From contig CAYZYP010000005.1 in the NCBI GenBank assembly GCA_964482695.1, positions 1 through 59,173 on the forward strand: a stretch of DNA of 59,173 nucleotides, written 5' to 3'. The notes beneath the pieces are model-generated. The model saw only the letters and a list, made by a program, of their open reading frames with translations. It was not told the DNA's origin and did no database searches. Of this stretch, positions 38,433 to 49,723 are shown piece after piece. Both the position numbers and the translations under genes were made by a program. This DNA comes from an uncultured Gammaproteobacteria bacterium (lineage in GTDB: Bacteria; Patescibacteriota; Patescibacteriia; Magasanikbacterales; GWA2-37-8). Each line of letters starts with the position of its first letter. Position 1 is the stretch's first letter.

Positions 38433-39557
38433 TTATTGTCTAATCGGCATTATAATGTAAGTAAAACTGTCGTCGTCTTTTGGAACAAACACACAGGGGC
38501 TATCAGGGTTAACCACTTTTATTAGACCAACTTCTGTTTCTATATTGTTTAAACCATCTAAAATATAACGATGATTTAATAAAATAGTATTTTTTTCTCC
38601 TTTTATTTCTACCTCTATATCGGACTTATATTCACCTGTTTGCGCTGACACCGAGGAAATACCAATCAAACCTTGGTCTGTTTTAAAATCAAAGGTTATG
38701 GCATTTACACCGGAAGTGGTAAATAAACTAGCCGCTTTTACCTCTTTGGTGGTAATTGTGGTAGAAAATTCGGCTATTGTTTTAAATTCTTTGGGTATAA
38801 TCTGGGTATAGTCTGGATACTGGCCCTCTACCAAACGAGAGGTCATCTCTACATCGTTATAACGTAAAACTATTTGGTTGTCGGCTAGAACAATCCTGAT
38901 ATTCTTTTCTGCCTCTATATTTTTTGTCACAGTTAACACCCTGTTTATTTCTTGGGCTGTGCGCGCGGGAACGATTATCTTTTTTTCTTCTTCTCCTTGA
39001 ATAATTTTTATCTTTTTCTCTGCCAGACGATAGCTGTCGGTAGCCGCAATAGTTAAAAAGCCTTTTTTACTATCGTTAAAACCAAAAGAAACACCTGCTA
39101 ATTCCGGTCTAATATCGTTTCTAGCAGCAGCATAAATTACTTGTTCCAAACCTTTCTTAAGATCGTCTACATTCACTAAATAACCAATACCGTCGCTAAT
39201 TGTTGGTAAAACAGGAAACTCTTCTGCTGGAGCGCCTTTTATCTTTGTAGCTGACTTGCCACAATTTACTTCTAGTTCGTTTTCCTTGGTTTGAATTTCA
39301 ACCTTTTCTTCCGAAAGAAGATTAACAAAATCATAAAGGGTGCGCGCGGGGACAGTAAAAGAACCTTCTTCTTCTACTTTTGCTCTTAATTGGGCTGTTA
39401 CACCTAATTCTAAATTAGTAGCTATTAATTCCACTTTTTGTGAAGTCGCTTTTATGAGAACATTATTTAAGATCGGTAAGTTAAGGTTTTTACTAGCAAT
39501 ATTACTAATAAGCGATAGAGCTAAAAGTAAATTATCTTTAGTGCATATAAGTTTCAT
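38433..39557 (-). CDS. dnaN: DNA polymerase III beta clamp
   Basis: ATNLE, AATDSYRL, G.YPDY, IMPIR. Confidence 0.97.
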   Translation of the reverse strand: MKLICTKDNLLLALSLISNIASKNLNLPILNNVLIKATSQKVELIATNLELGVTAQLRAKVEEEGSFTVPARTLYDFVNLLSEEKVEIQTKENELEVNCGKSATKIKGAPAEEFPVLPTISDGIGYLVNVDDLKKGLEQVIYAAARNDIRPELAGVSFGFNDSKKGFLTIAATDSYRLAEKKIKIIQGEEEKKIIVPARTAQEINRVLTVTKNIEAEKNIRIVLADNQIVLRYNDVEMTSRLVEGQYPDYTQIIPKEFKTIAEFSTTITTKEVKAASLFTTSGVNAITFDFKTDQGLIGISSVSAQTGEYKSDIEVEIKGEKNTILLNHRYILDGLNNIETEVGLIKVVNPDSPCVFVPKDDDSFTYIIMPIRQ

Positions 39558-39559
39558 AT

Positions 39560-39823
39560 TTGATATATTATATTTATATATAGAAAGATAATAATATTAA
39601 TAATAAGGCGGTGGATAATATGTATAAGTTGTTTTTTAAAGTAATTTTAGCCAAACAAGGCTGTTAATAATAATCTAATAAAAAGTGGATGCGGTTGCGC
39701 AGAGTGTTAACAAGTTTGTTGTTTGTGTTTATCCCTGTGCAGAAACAGATAGTAGGTGTGGGTAAGTTGGGTTGTTTATTAACACTTTATACAAAGTTTG
39801 TTAACAAGTTATTCACACGTACT
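39560..39823. other. Putative oriC (DnaA-box cluster plus AT-rich segment)
   Basis: Many DnaA-box-like 9-mers (GTGGATAA, TGTGGGTAA, TTATTCACA, TGTTAACAA) between dnaA and dnaN; AT-rich 39560-39605. Confidence 0.75.
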
Positions 39824-41203
39824 TTAAGTTAAATAAAGTCTCTGTTTGATTAAATCTACATCTTGTTTTAATTTTAAATCATCCTCTATGCGCATGTTTA
39901 TTTTGTGGTCAGCATGCATAGCTGTGGTGTGGTCACGACCTCCCAATTCGTTTCCAATAGTAGGATAAGACATATTGAGTTCTTTGCGCATTAAGTGCAT
40001 TATTATTTGTCGTGGCATGGAAAACCTCTTTTCTCTGCTAGAACCCAAGATGTCTTGGATAGAAATTTCGTAAAATTGGCAAACAGCGTCAATAATTTGT
40101 TGTGGGGTTAGGGAACGTGAAGGGCGCATCTCTAAGCTAGAAAGCAGTGTTTTTACTGATTCAGATGTCGGGATAATATTTTTAAGCTGGTGAAAAGCAA
40201 TAATTTTATTTAAGGCACCTTCTAATTCTCTAATGTTTTTTTGCACCACAACAGCTGTTGTTTGTAAAACTTCTTGGTCAAGCGGGAAATTTAATTCAGC
40301 GCATTTTTTTTGTAAAACAGCGATGCGAGTTTCTAAGTCTGGCGGTGAAACATCCACTATCATACCCCATTCAAAGCGCGATTTTAGGCGGTCTTCTAAT
40401 GCCGGAATAGCTTTTGGTGGCCGGTCGGATGTCATAATCACCTGTTTATTTTGTTGGTGAAGTTCGTTAAAAGTGTGAAAAAAAGATTCTTGCGTACGGT
40501 CTTTGCCGGAAATAAACTGAATATCATCTATTAACAACAGATCAATATTGCGGTAATGATTTTGGAAATTTTTGGCGTTTCCGTCTTTTACAGAAGATAT
40601 AAAATCGTTAGAAAATTTTTCCGCGCTGGCGTATATAATGTTAGTATTTGGATTCCGGCGTAACATTTCGTTGCCAATAGCTTGTAAAAGATGGGTTTTT
40701 CCCAAACCAACACCACCATAAATAAATAATGGATTATAAGCTTCGCCTGGTTTGTTAACCACGGCTTGGGCTGCTGCATAAGCCAGTTCAGAGCCGCTAC
40801 CAACTACAAATCTGTTAAAGGCGTATTTTGCGTTAAGACCAAATTTACCAATACTTGTTGGTGTTTGTGTTTGTGTTTGACAGGTACTGTAAACTTCGCT
40901 GGAGGTTGGTTTTTCATCAGAAAGTTGTGTTTCTTGAAAATGATTTTTAATATTTCCTATTTTATATTCTAGTTTTTTAATTGGTTTACTCGTAACTCTT
41001 TCTAGAGATTTAACAATCATTTGATGATATTTTTTAGCTAACCATGTTTGATAAAAAGCATTTGGGACACAAATAACAACCTCGTTGTTTTGGTAGTTAA
41101 TTATATCAGTGTTTTTAAACCAGGTAACAAAATTTGGTTTAGATATTTCTGGTGATAATTCTAGTTCGGCAAGTACTGCTTGCCAAATTTCATGGTTATT
41201 CAT
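39824..41203 (-). CDS. dnaA: Chromosomal replication initiator
   Basis: YNPLFIYGGVGLGKTHL, LLIDDIQF, RELEGAL, GGRDHTT. Confidence 0.98.
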   Translation of the reverse strand: MNNHEIWQAVLAELELSPEISKPNFVTWFKNTDIINYQNNEVVICVPNAFYQTWLAKKYHQMIVKSLERVTSKPIKKLEYKIGNIKNHFQETQLSDEKPTSSEVYSTCQTQTQTPTSIGKFGLNAKYAFNRFVVGSGSELAYAAAQAVVNKPGEAYNPLFIYGGVGLGKTHLLQAIGNEMLRRNPNTNIIYASAEKFSNDFISSVKDGNAKNFQNHYRNIDLLLIDDIQFISGKDRTQESFFHTFNELHQQNKQVIMTSDRPPKAIPALEDRLKSRFEWGMIVDVSPPDLETRIAVLQKKCAELNFPLDQEVLQTTAVVVQKNIRELEGALNKIIAFHQLKNIIPTSESVKTLLSSLEMRPSRSLTPQQIIDAVCQFYEISIQDILGSSREKRFSMPRQIIMHLMRKELNMSYPTIGNELGGRDHTTAMHADHKINMRIEDDLKLKQDVDLIKQRLYLT

Positions 41204-41279
41204 AAATTATGAGGATTTTTATTTTAGTTTACCTAATTTTACCACAGTTGGTTTTTTAAACAAATAGAAATTTAAGCAA

Positions 41280-41312
41280 TAAGTGGATGGAGTGTGGATA
41301 AGGTGTTGATAA
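41280..41312. promoter_or_regulatory. DnaA boxes upstream of dnaA
   Basis: TGTGGATAA plus flanking degenerate boxes. Confidence 0.6.
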
Positions 41313-41389
41313 GTTTTAGAAGAGATTGACTAAAATTATATAATAATATATAATGTTTCTATAAAATAATTATTTATAGTTAAAATAAT

Positions 41390-41569
41390 ATGTCAACCAA
41401 GCGAACTTATCAGCCAAAAAAACGTAAAAGAGCCAAAACTCACGGTTTTTTGGAGAGGATGAAAACAAAAGACGGTCGTACTGTTTTGTCGCGTCGTCGG
41501 GCCAAAGGCAGAAAAAAATTAACAGTATCAGACGAAAAACGAGGTAAGCGCAGACGAAAAACGAGGTAA
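41390..41569 (+). CDS. rpmH: 50S ribosomal protein L34 (not in ORF track)
   Basis: [46 protein letters not shown] plus extension. Confidence 0.95.
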   Translation: MSTKRTYQPKKRKRAKTHGFLERMKTKDGRTVLSRRRAKGRKKLTVSDEKRGKRRRKTR

Positions 41570-41654
41570 ATTTTACTGATTCAAACAAACCCGCTTTTCT
41601 ATAAGAGCGGGTTTTGTTATAATAGTATCATAATAATCATTTAGACTAACAAAT

Positions 41655-42044
41655 ATGCTTCAACCAGAAAATCGCTTAACAAAGGTGCGGGATTTTAATT
41701 TAGTTATGAAACACGGTCGGTGGCTAAGCGGTCGGTTTTTACGTGTAAAGTGGCTTAAATTAGCCGATTTTCAAAATCATTTTCCCAAAAAAGAAGATGT
41801 GGATAAGTTTAAAAAACAGCTAAAATTAGCCATTATTGTAGGGGTTAAGGTTAGTAAAAGCGCAGTAAAACGTAATCGACTAAAAAGGCAGATGCGGGAA
41901 GTGGTGCGTCTGCTTTTAAAAGACAGTTGCTTATCAGAAGGGTACTACTTGATGTTGATGGCTCAGAAAGAGATGTTAGACAAAAATTACGCTGAAATTA
42001 GCGAAGAAATTAAATTATTGTTGGGGAAAATTAAATTATTATAA
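41655..42044 (+). CDS. rnpA: RNase P protein component
   Basis: KVSKSAVKRNRLKRQMRE. Confidence 0.93.
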   Translation: MLQPENRLTKVRDFNLVMKHGRWLSGRFLRVKWLKLADFQNHFPKKEDVDKFKKQLKLAIIVGVKVSKSAVKRNRLKRQMREVVRLLLKDSCLSEGYYLMLMAQKEMLDKNYAEISEEIKLLLGKIKLL

Positions 42045-42048
42045 TTAC

Positions 42049-42327
42049 ATGGAGCGTAAACATATAATTAAAATAGTAAATTTATTGTTATTTTTACCAA
42101 GAACACCAATTTTATTTTTTATTAAATTTTATCAAAAAACAATTTCACCGGATCATGGGATTGTTAGATTCTTATTTCCTAACGGCTATTGCCGTTTTTA
42201 TCCGTCTTGTAGCGAGTATGGTTATCAAGTAATAAAAAACCGCGGTCTTATTCGCGGTTTGCCAAAAACTTTTTGGCGTATTCTTCGTTGTAATCCTTGG
42301 GGAAAGGGAGGCATTGATTTGCCCTAG
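42049..42327 (+). CDS. yidD: Membrane protein insertion efficiency factor
   Basis: YQKTISP, CRFYPSCSEY, RILRCNPW..GG.D. Confidence 0.93.
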   Translation: MERKHIIKIVNLLLFLPRTPILFFIKFYQKTISPDHGIVRFLFPNGYCRFYPSCSEYGYQVIKNRGLIRGLPKTFWRILRCNPWGKGGIDLP

Positions 42328-43097
42328 GCAACCAGTTTTAGAAGTTTTTTGTGCGCTGAGCCATTAGTGGCGACAGTTGTTAAGTCTTTTATGTTCCAAT
42401 TTTCGCCTTTGAAGTTAGTAACTTTTCCGCCAGCCGCGCGAACAATCAGAATACCGGCTAAAACATCCCAAGGATGCGCTTCTACCAAAGCACAACCATC
42501 AGCTCGCCCAGAAGCAACAGCTGAAAATTCAACACCAGCCGAAGCAAAAGATCGGAAGCGGATTTGTTTGGGGTTAATTCTTCTCATTATTTGGGTGAAT
42601 TTATTTTGGCCATAATTAGAATGACCGCCGCAAAATAAAAACATTTCTCGAGTACGGTGTTCGTTATTTTTAGAAATATAAATTTTTTTGCCGTTTAAAT
42701 AAGCCGGACCGTTTTTGGTCGCCCAAAATACTTCATCAAATGCTGGCAATCCAATCACGCCAATTTCTATTTCGCCGTTTTCACCTACTCGCGCCAAACA
42801 AGTGGCAAATTCACGAAAACCGTAAGCAAAATTAGTGGTGCCGTCTAAAGGGTCAATATACCAGGTTTTTTTGCCAGGGTTGTTAATTTTAGGCGCTTCT
42901 TCGGATATAATATCGTCGTTAGGAAAATATTTAAGCAAAAAGTCGGTCATTAGATTGTTGGCGTCCATATCTGCCTGAGTGACAATTTCTTCGCCCTTTT
43001 TCATTTTTAAGGTGTGAGTGCCAGACGGCTTGAATCTATTGAGCAGTAATTTATTTACTTGTTTAATTAGTTTGACAGCGAGTTGGATGTCGGACAT
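42324..43097 (-). CDS. Inositol monophosphatase family protein
   Basis: WYIDPLDGTTNF, PWDVLAG. Confidence 0.93.
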   Translation of the reverse strand: MSDIQLAVKLIKQVNKLLLNRFKPSGTHTLKMKKGEEIVTQADMDANNLMTDFLLKYFPNDDIISEEAPKINNPGKKTWYIDPLDGTTNFAYGFREFATCLARVGENGEIEIGVIGLPAFDEVFWATKNGPAYLNGKKIYISKNNEHRTREMFLFCGGHSNYGQNKFTQIMRRINPKQIRFRSFASAGVEFSAVASGRADGCALVEAHPWDVLAGILIVRAAGGKVTNFKGENWNIKDLTTVATNGSAHKKLLKLVA

Positions 43098-43921
43098 ATT
43101 TTTTTTAATATTTTTAAATCTTTATTTACTTTATCATGTTTTGTTTCCAAAACAAAATTAACATGTTGTAGACGTTTATCATTTAACAAAGCTTTGAAGC
43201 CAATTAATCCAATCAAACCATCGCCGATATGCTCATGGCGATCGCGGCGAGAGCCAAGTTCTGTTTTGGAGTCATTACAGTGAGAGAGTTTTAAATTTTT
43301 TAGGCCAATAATTTTTTCAAATTCAAAAAGAGTTTTATTAACTGCTGACTGCGTACGAATGTCATAGTCAGAAGCAAAACCATGCTGGGTGTCATAACAA
43401 ACCCCAATGTCGTGTTTCTTCAACTTCGAATGATTAATTATTTCCGCGATTTCTTCAAAAGTGTCGCCAATTATCTCGCCTGATCCAGCGGAAATTTCTA
43501 TTAAAAATTTTGTTTCACCTTTATAGTTTTTTAACATTTCCGCTAGTCCGTCGACTAGTTGTTTATAGCCCTTTTCATATCCCAAATCTTTGTAACTTCC
43601 CAAATGAGCCATTACATATTTTGCGCCCAAAAGAGACGCTCGTTCTAGTTCTTGTCGTACAGTGGTAATAGAGCCGTATTTAATACGATTGTTTTTAGAA
43701 GCGAAGTTAATAAAATAAGGAGTGTGAACATACCACTCCTTTTGTTTGGCCTTTTTACAATTAGCTTTAAAAATTTTAGCTATTTTTTCATCGCATTTAG
43801 GCACCCAGCCGCCCTGGGGCGAGCGAGTAAACATTTGAAAAACCTCGCAACCAATTTTAATAGCGTTGAGTGGCGCGTTTTCCAAGCCACCGGCGATAGA
43901 AACATGAGCGCCGAAGAGCAT
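43067..43921 (-). CDS. nfo: Endonuclease IV
   Basis: GAHVSIAGG, HTPYFIN, DTQH, HCNDSK...DRHEHIG. Confidence 0.95.
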   Translation of the reverse strand: MLFGAHVSIAGGLENAPLNAIKIGCEVFQMFTRSPQGGWVPKCDEKIAKIFKANCKKAKQKEWYVHTPYFINFASKNNRIKYGSITTVRQELERASLLGAKYVMAHLGSYKDLGYEKGYKQLVDGLAEMLKNYKGETKFLIEISAGSGEIIGDTFEEIAEIINHSKLKKHDIGVCYDTQHGFASDYDIRTQSAVNKTLFEFEKIIGLKNLKLSHCNDSKTELGSRRDRHEHIGDGLIGLIGFKALLNDKRLQHVNFVLETKHDKVNKDLKILKKICPTSNSLSN

Positions 43922-43961
43922 ATTTTAAAATCCTAGATAAATTAAGATTAGGATTCAGAAT

Positions 43962-45251
43962 TTATGATTTTGGATTTAGAATTTGGTCCTTTAACCATTG
44001 TATTACTTTTCTGTTTTGGACCGCAACCGCGATAGTTTCTTTTACTTCTGGTTTTTGAATATTTTCCTCAACAGTTTTGTCGTTGGGATAAGTTTTTTTA
44101 ATAAGTTCGATTTCTTGTTCTAATTCTTTTGGTTCGGCGTGGAGATGGTTATCCAAAGCTACTTGACGTGAAATTAGAGCCGCCTTAACACGTTTGTTTG
44201 TTTGTTCGGCAAAATCATCAAAAATCTGTTTTTCGGTTTTCTTTAAGTCGGCTAGATATTTTTCCATGGTAATGCCGTATTTTTCTAAGTTATGTTTTAA
44301 TTCGTGAAATATTTTTTGTTTTTCAGTATCAACTAACACTTCTGGAATATCGCTAAATTCGCTAGAATTCACCAGAGCGTCTAAAATTTCGGCTTCTATT
44401 CTTTGATCATCTTTGCGCTCTGCTTCCTTGGTTAAATTTTCTAAAAGCAAAGCTTTTAATTCTCCTATATTTTCTTGTCCTAGTCTTTTAGCAAAATCAT
44501 CATTAAATTCCGGATATTGTAGTTCGTAAACGTCGTTAATTTTTATCTTAAAATCAATGTTTTTACCAGCTAAATGTTTTTGGTAATGTTCATCTGGAAA
44601 TTTAAGCGAAAATTCTTTTGTTTCGTCTTTTTTAAGTCCTACTAACTGCTCTTGTAAGCCGGGGATGTAGTGTTGTTCGGATAAATAAACCGCGTGTTTA
44701 TCGGCTTGGCCGCCTTCTACCGGCACTTTGTTATTAAACATTTCCATTTTTATTAATACCTTGTCATCTTTGGTAGCCGAACCGTTTTTTAATACTTCTT
44801 TAGCTTGCATTTTACGTAAATTTTCTAATACCTCGCTAACATTTTTATCATCAACATGCTTTGGATTTTTGGTTACTTTTATGTTTTTGATGTCACCTAA
44901 CTTAACAGTTGGCAGTAGAGCCACCACTGCTTTAAAAATAAAATCATTCCCCGGAGCGATTTTTTGAATGGTAATTTGTGGCATGCCAATTGTCTGCAGT
45001 TTTTCGGCCTGTACCGCTTGATAGAAATATTTTTCCACAATGCTTTGCATGGCCTCCTCAAATATTTTTATGTCACCCAATTGCTGTTTAACCATTTCGT
45101 ATGGTGCTTTGCCCGGGCGGAAACCTTTAATGGCGGCACGTTCGGATAGGCGTAGGGCGGCTTTTTTTAACAAATCATCATAATCATTTGGCACAACTGT
45201 TATTTCTAATTCCACTTGGGATTTTTCGAGAGATTTGAGGATGTGGGTCAT
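43962..45251 (-). CDS. tig: Trigger factor
   Basis: GFRPGKAP ribosome-binding motif, FKBP-like middle domain. Confidence 0.95.
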   Translation of the reverse strand: MTHILKSLEKSQVELEITVVPNDYDDLLKKAALRLSERAAIKGFRPGKAPYEMVKQQLGDIKIFEEAMQSIVEKYFYQAVQAEKLQTIGMPQITIQKIAPGNDFIFKAVVALLPTVKLGDIKNIKVTKNPKHVDDKNVSEVLENLRKMQAKEVLKNGSATKDDKVLIKMEMFNNKVPVEGGQADKHAVYLSEQHYIPGLQEQLVGLKKDETKEFSLKFPDEHYQKHLAGKNIDFKIKINDVYELQYPEFNDDFAKRLGQENIGELKALLLENLTKEAERKDDQRIEAEILDALVNSSEFSDIPEVLVDTEKQKIFHELKHNLEKYGITMEKYLADLKKTEKQIFDDFAEQTNKRVKAALISRQVALDNHLHAEPKELEQEIELIKKTYPNDKTVEENIQKPEVKETIAVAVQNRKVIQWLKDQILNPKS

Positions 45252-45380
45252 AGTTATAGGTTAGTGATTAGTAGGGTGAGTTTAAAATAAATCGGTGTAA
45301 ATGTCAATGTTAATAGTTATTATTTATTTTTTGCTTTCTCCTGTACAGTAAAATTTAACTATTAATAATTGTCAGGAAAA

Positions 45381-46073
45381 TTAATTTCCTCCAAACCTTC
45401 TCTGTCTTCGGGCGTATTCGGCTAGCGCTTCATCAATGTCGGCGGTAGAAAATTCCGGCCACATTTTGGGCGAGAAATACAATTCGGAATAGACCGACTG
45501 CCAAGGAAGAAAGCCGGACAAACGCATTTCACCCGAAGTTCTAATTATAAAATCAGGATCCGGTTGACCGGCTGTCCATAAATTTTTTGCCACAATTTTT
45601 TCGGTAATATTTTCTACCGGAATTTTTTGTAAAATTAATTTTTTTATTGCCTCAATAATTTCCGACCGTCCACCATAATTTAAGCAAAGATTAACCACAC
45701 CATTTTTGTTATCGGCAGTAAGTTTTTCCGCTTCGTCAATCATTTTTAATATTTGTTTATCCAATTTTGTTTTTAGACCCAACACTTTGATTTTAATTCC
45801 TTTTTTATGCAATATATTTGTTTCTTCAACCAACATCTTTTTCAAAAGGCGCATTAAATAGCTAACTTCGCGCGCCGTTCGATTCCAATTTTCGGTGGAA
45901 AAAACATAGGCGGTAATAATTTTTATTCCACACTTAAAGCAGTAGTCTGAGATAACCTTAAAATTATCATAACCTTTTTTGTGGCCTGATAGTGTCGGCA
46001 GACCTCTTTTTTTGGCCCAGCGCCGATTGCCGTCTAATATAAAACCGATGTGGTTTGGGAGATTGTCTGTCAT
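45381..46073 (-). CDS. uppS: Undecaprenyl diphosphate synthase
   Basis: ILDGNRRWA, FSTENWNR, IRTSGEMRLSGF; start set at MTDNLP. Confidence 0.95.
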   Translation of the reverse strand: MTDNLPNHIGFILDGNRRWAKKRGLPTLSGHKKGYDNFKVISDYCFKCGIKIITAYVFSTENWNRTAREVSYLMRLLKKMLVEETNILHKKGIKIKVLGLKTKLDKQILKMIDEAEKLTADNKNGVVNLCLNYGGRSEIIEAIKKLILQKIPVENITEKIVAKNLWTAGQPDPDFIIRTSGEMRLSGFLPWQSVYSELYFSPKMWPEFSTADIDEALAEYARRQRRFGGN

Positions 46074-46111
46074 ATTGGTTATTTTAACATAAATCATTGA
46101 ATTGTAAAAAA

Positions 46112-46183
46112 GTAGAGACAGGTCGCGACCCGTCTCTACAAAACAATATAGTGTTTATTTGTAGGGGCGTGTTTACCCCGCCC
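46112..46183. repeat. GTAG-type REP-like palindromes
   Basis: GTAGAGAC...GTCTCTAC and GTAGGGGCG...CGCCC; similar units at 49700-49727 and 54764-54787. Confidence 0.6.
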
Positions 46184-46199
46184 ATTCAATGATTTTTTT

Positions 46200-48182
46200 T
46201 TATTTTATCAATAACCCCACTATTAACAGCGCCACAATATTGGCTACCTTAATCATTGGGTTAATTGCTGGCCCGGCGGTATCTTTGTATGGATCACCAA
46301 CTGTGTCGCCGGTAATAGCTGCCTGATGAGCGAATGAACCTTTGCCGCCATAATTGCCTTTTTCAATAAATTTTTTAGCATTATCCCAAGCGCCGCCACC
46401 GGTTGTCATAGAGATAGCGACAAATAAGCCAGTAATAATAGTGCCCAAGAGTAATCCTCCCAAGGCTTCTATGCCTAGAATAAAACCAACTAAAATTGGG
46501 ATGACAACAGGGATAAGAGCTGGTAGAGTCATTTGTCCAATAGCACCTTTGGTAACGATATCAACAGCTTTACTGTAGTCTGGTTTATTTGTGCCTTCCA
46601 TAATACCGGTAATTTCTCTAAATTGTCGACGCACTTCTTCTACAACCTTGCCAGCAACTTTGCCAACTGATTCCATAAGTATGGCACCGAAGAAATATGG
46701 CAGTAAGCCGCCGATTAGTAATCCAGCCAATACTTTTGGATCATTAATAAGGAATTTAACTGAATCTGGCAGTTTGTGAGTAAAATCCGCGAATAATACT
46801 AAAGAAGCCAAGGCTGCGCTAGCAATAGCATAACCCTTGGTAACAGCTTTTGTGGTGTTACCAACAGCATCTAACTGGTCGGTGATTTCGCGTACGTTTT
46901 CTGGTAAATTACTCATTTCCGCGATGCCACCGGCATTGTCAGTAATTGGACCATAAGCGTCAATTGTGACAATAATACCAGCAAGTGATAACATAGCCAC
47001 TGCCGCGATCGCCACGCCATATAACCCGGCTAGCCAGTAAGAGCTTAAAATAGCGGCAATAATACAAATAGTTGGTAAAGCAGTTGATTTCATGGATAGA
47101 GCCAAACCAGCAATCACGTTTGTGCCGTGCCCGGTTTCACTGGCTTTGGCGATTTGTTTTATCGGGTTATATTTTGTTGAAGTATAATATTCAGTAATCC
47201 AAACCATTAAAGCGGCCAAGACCAAACCGATTATAGAAGTTAAATAAATTTTATTAACAGAATAGGCAGAACCTTTCATCAGCCAGTAAGTAATTGGGTA
47301 AAAACCAATAGCAGATAAAACACCAGATGCTATTAAGCCTTTATATAAAGCATTCATAATATTTTGCGTTTTACCCAAACGAATGGCAAAAGTGCCGACT
47401 ATTGAAGCGATTATTGATACACCGCCAAGTATTAATGGGTATATTACCGCTTTTTCGTTACTAACAAAAAGTAAACCACCCAAAACCATCGCGGCAATCA
47501 TGGTAACAGCGTAAGTTTCAAATAAATCAGCTGCCATCCCAGCACAATCTCCTACATTATCACCAACATTGTCAGCTATTACAGCTGGATTTCTAGGATC
47601 ATCTTCTGGAATACCTTTTTCTACTTTACCAACTAAATCAGCTCCAACATCTGCCGCTTTGGTAAAAATACCGCCGCCTATTCTGGCAAAAATAGAAATT
47701 AAAGAACCGCCAAAGCCCAAGCCAATTAGAGCCGACAGATCTTTGGTTAAAATATAAAAGCCAGAAACCCCCAACAAGCCGAGACCAACAACTAATAAGC
47801 CTGTGATGGTTCCCCCTCTAACAGCAACGTTTAAAGCTTGTTTAAGACCTATTTTGGCCGCTTCGCTGGTTTTAACATTAGCTCGTACAGAAATATTCAT
47901 GCCAATGATACCTGCGGCTCCGGATAAAATTGCGCCAACCAAAAAACCAAAGGCGGTGAACCAATCAATAAAAATACCCAATAAGATAAAAATGGGCATA
48001 GCTACTATGGCGATTGTTTTGTATTGACGATTTAAATAGGCTTTAGCGCCGTCTTGGATAGCTCGCGCTATAGCTTGCATTTTTTCTTCCCCGCTAGATT
48101 GCTTGTTAATCCAGGTGATGAGTATAATGCCATAAATTATGGCCAAAACCGCTGGCAATATTGCCAAAAGGGTTATAATCAT
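46200..48182 (-). CDS. hppA: Membrane ion-translocating pyrophosphatase, predicted K+-independent H+ pump
   Basis: [26 protein letters not shown] (Lys at the K+-dependence position). Confidence 0.93.
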   Translation of the reverse strand: MIITLLAILPAVLAIIYGIILITWINKQSSGEEKMQAIARAIQDGAKAYLNRQYKTIAIVAMPIFILLGIFIDWFTAFGFLVGAILSGAAGIIGMNISVRANVKTSEAAKIGLKQALNVAVRGGTITGLLVVGLGLLGVSGFYILTKDLSALIGLGFGGSLISIFARIGGGIFTKAADVGADLVGKVEKGIPEDDPRNPAVIADNVGDNVGDCAGMAADLFETYAVTMIAAMVLGGLLFVSNEKAVIYPLILGGVSIIASIVGTFAIRLGKTQNIMNALYKGLIASGVLSAIGFYPITYWLMKGSAYSVNKIYLTSIIGLVLAALMVWITEYYTSTKYNPIKQIAKASETGHGTNVIAGLALSMKSTALPTICIIAAILSSYWLAGLYGVAIAAVAMLSLAGIIVTIDAYGPITDNAGGIAEMSNLPENVREITDQLDAVGNTTKAVTKGYAIASAALASLVLFADFTHKLPDSVKFLINDPKVLAGLLIGGLLPYFFGAILMESVGKVAGKVVEEVRRQFREITGIMEGTNKPDYSKAVDIVTKGAIGQMTLPALIPVVIPILVGFILGIEALGGLLLGTIITGLFVAISMTTGGGAWDNAKKFIEKGNYGGKGSFAHQAAITGDTVGDPYKDTAGPAINPMIKVANIVALLIVGLLIK

Positions 48183-48345
48183 ATATATTTAGTGAGTTAA
48201 TTATATAATGATGTAAATTGTAATTTTAGATTAATTTACCAATTTTGCGAGCGTTTTAATCAGTAGATTGGCCCAAAATTAGTATAATCAGCATCACATT
48301 GTAGTAACCAATATGATATGCTAAAATAAAGGTCTAGTCAAGATT

Positions 48346-49686
48346 ATGAAGTATAAATTATTATTAAAAGGTTTACAGATTTTAATCTATATAAAAAGAT
48401 TTATTTGGTGGTTGGGGTCGTTTTTTTATTTAATTTTAGGCAAAATTTTTTTGCCGGTGTTTAAATTCATTGGCTATTGGGTTTACAAGATCAATTTATT
48501 TGTAAGTAAAACCCATACATATAAATGGTTTGGCCATCAATTTTTTCGTCGAGATAATTTACAAGTAGCTGTTTTGTTGGTTTTATTTATTATAGCTTTT
48601 CCACAAACCAAGATATATGGCAAGACAGAAGATGCTTTATCAGGGCAAAGAACAATAGCCTTCACTTTTGTAAAGGATTATAGAGAATTTGACATTGAAG
48701 AAATTAAGGCAGAAGAAGTTGCTTCAAAAAATACAATAATTCCGAGCTGGAAAGAAGGTACCATAAGTAGCGAAGATTTTATCAATACCAGTATATTGGG
48801 TCACGACCAGCAATTACCGGCTGGAATAGTGGTTGATGGCACTGCTTTGACAAAGCCGGTTGTGTTCCCAGGTACTTTTGTTGGCGGAAAAAGAAGCGAA
48901 ACAATAGAATATATTATCCAGCCAGGTGATACTATAAGTGGCATCGCGCTTAGTTTTGGCGTTAGCGCGGCCACTATTTTATGGGAAAATAATTTAACAT
49001 TAACATCTTTTATTCAGCCAGGGAATAAATTGCGGATTTTGCCAGTTAATGGTTTGACTCACAAAGTAAAAAGCGGTGACACTTTAATAGCTATAGCCAA
49101 TTCATATGGCGCCAAAACAGATGAGATAATAAAATTTAACAAATTAAAAAGTGACGGTTCGGATTTGACTGCTGGTGAAAGTTTGATTATCCCAAATGGT
49201 GTAAAGCAATATCAAGCAACAGCGGTAGCTACCACTCAGTATAGTCAGCCGTCATATAACAAGGTTAGTATTCCGCCCTCATCAAGAAGTTCACCATCGG
49301 ATTCCGGATTTATTTGGCCTTCTGCTATGCGTATGATTACCCAGTATTTTAGCTGGTTTCATTCCGGTGTAGATATAAGCGGGCCAGTTGGCCAAGCAAG
49401 AGGTTCGGCTATTTATGCCTCAAAAAGCGGCGTTGTAGAAGTATCACAATGCGGTTGGAATGCTGGTTATGGCTGTTATATTATTATCGATCACGGGGGA
49501 GGTTACAAAACTCTTTACGGCCACGAAGATGCTTTGTTAGTTTCTGTTGGCCAATATGTGGAAACCGGCCAGACGATTGGCTTAATGGGTAATACTGGAC
49601 GCGTCTATGGTTATGATGGCGTGCATATACATTTTGAAATCCGTATTAATGGAGTGACAGTTAATCCGTTGGGGTATGTGAGGTAA
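48346..49686 (+). CDS. LysM + M23 peptidase
   Basis: Two LysM repeats, HSGVD, TLYGH, HIHFE. Confidence 0.92.
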   Translation: MKYKLLLKGLQILIYIKRFIWWLGSFFYLILGKIFLPVFKFIGYWVYKINLFVSKTHTYKWFGHQFFRRDNLQVAVLLVLFIIAFPQTKIYGKTEDALSGQRTIAFTFVKDYREFDIEEIKAEEVASKNTIIPSWKEGTISSEDFINTSILGHDQQLPAGIVVDGTALTKPVVFPGTFVGGKRSETIEYIIQPGDTISGIALSFGVSAATILWENNLTLTSFIQPGNKLRILPVNGLTHKVKSGDTLIAIANSYGAKTDEIIKFNKLKSDGSDLTAGESLIIPNGVKQYQATAVATTQYSQPSYNKVSIPPSSRSSPSDSGFIWPSAMRMITQYFSWFHSGVDISGPVGQARGSAIYASKSGVVEVSQCGWNAGYGCYIIIDHGGGYKTLYGHEDALLVSVGQYVETGQTIGLMGNTGRVYGYDGVHIHFEIRINGVTVNPLGYVR

Positions 49687-49723
49687 TTACATTAAACATA
49701 TAGAGACGCAATATTTTGCGTCT

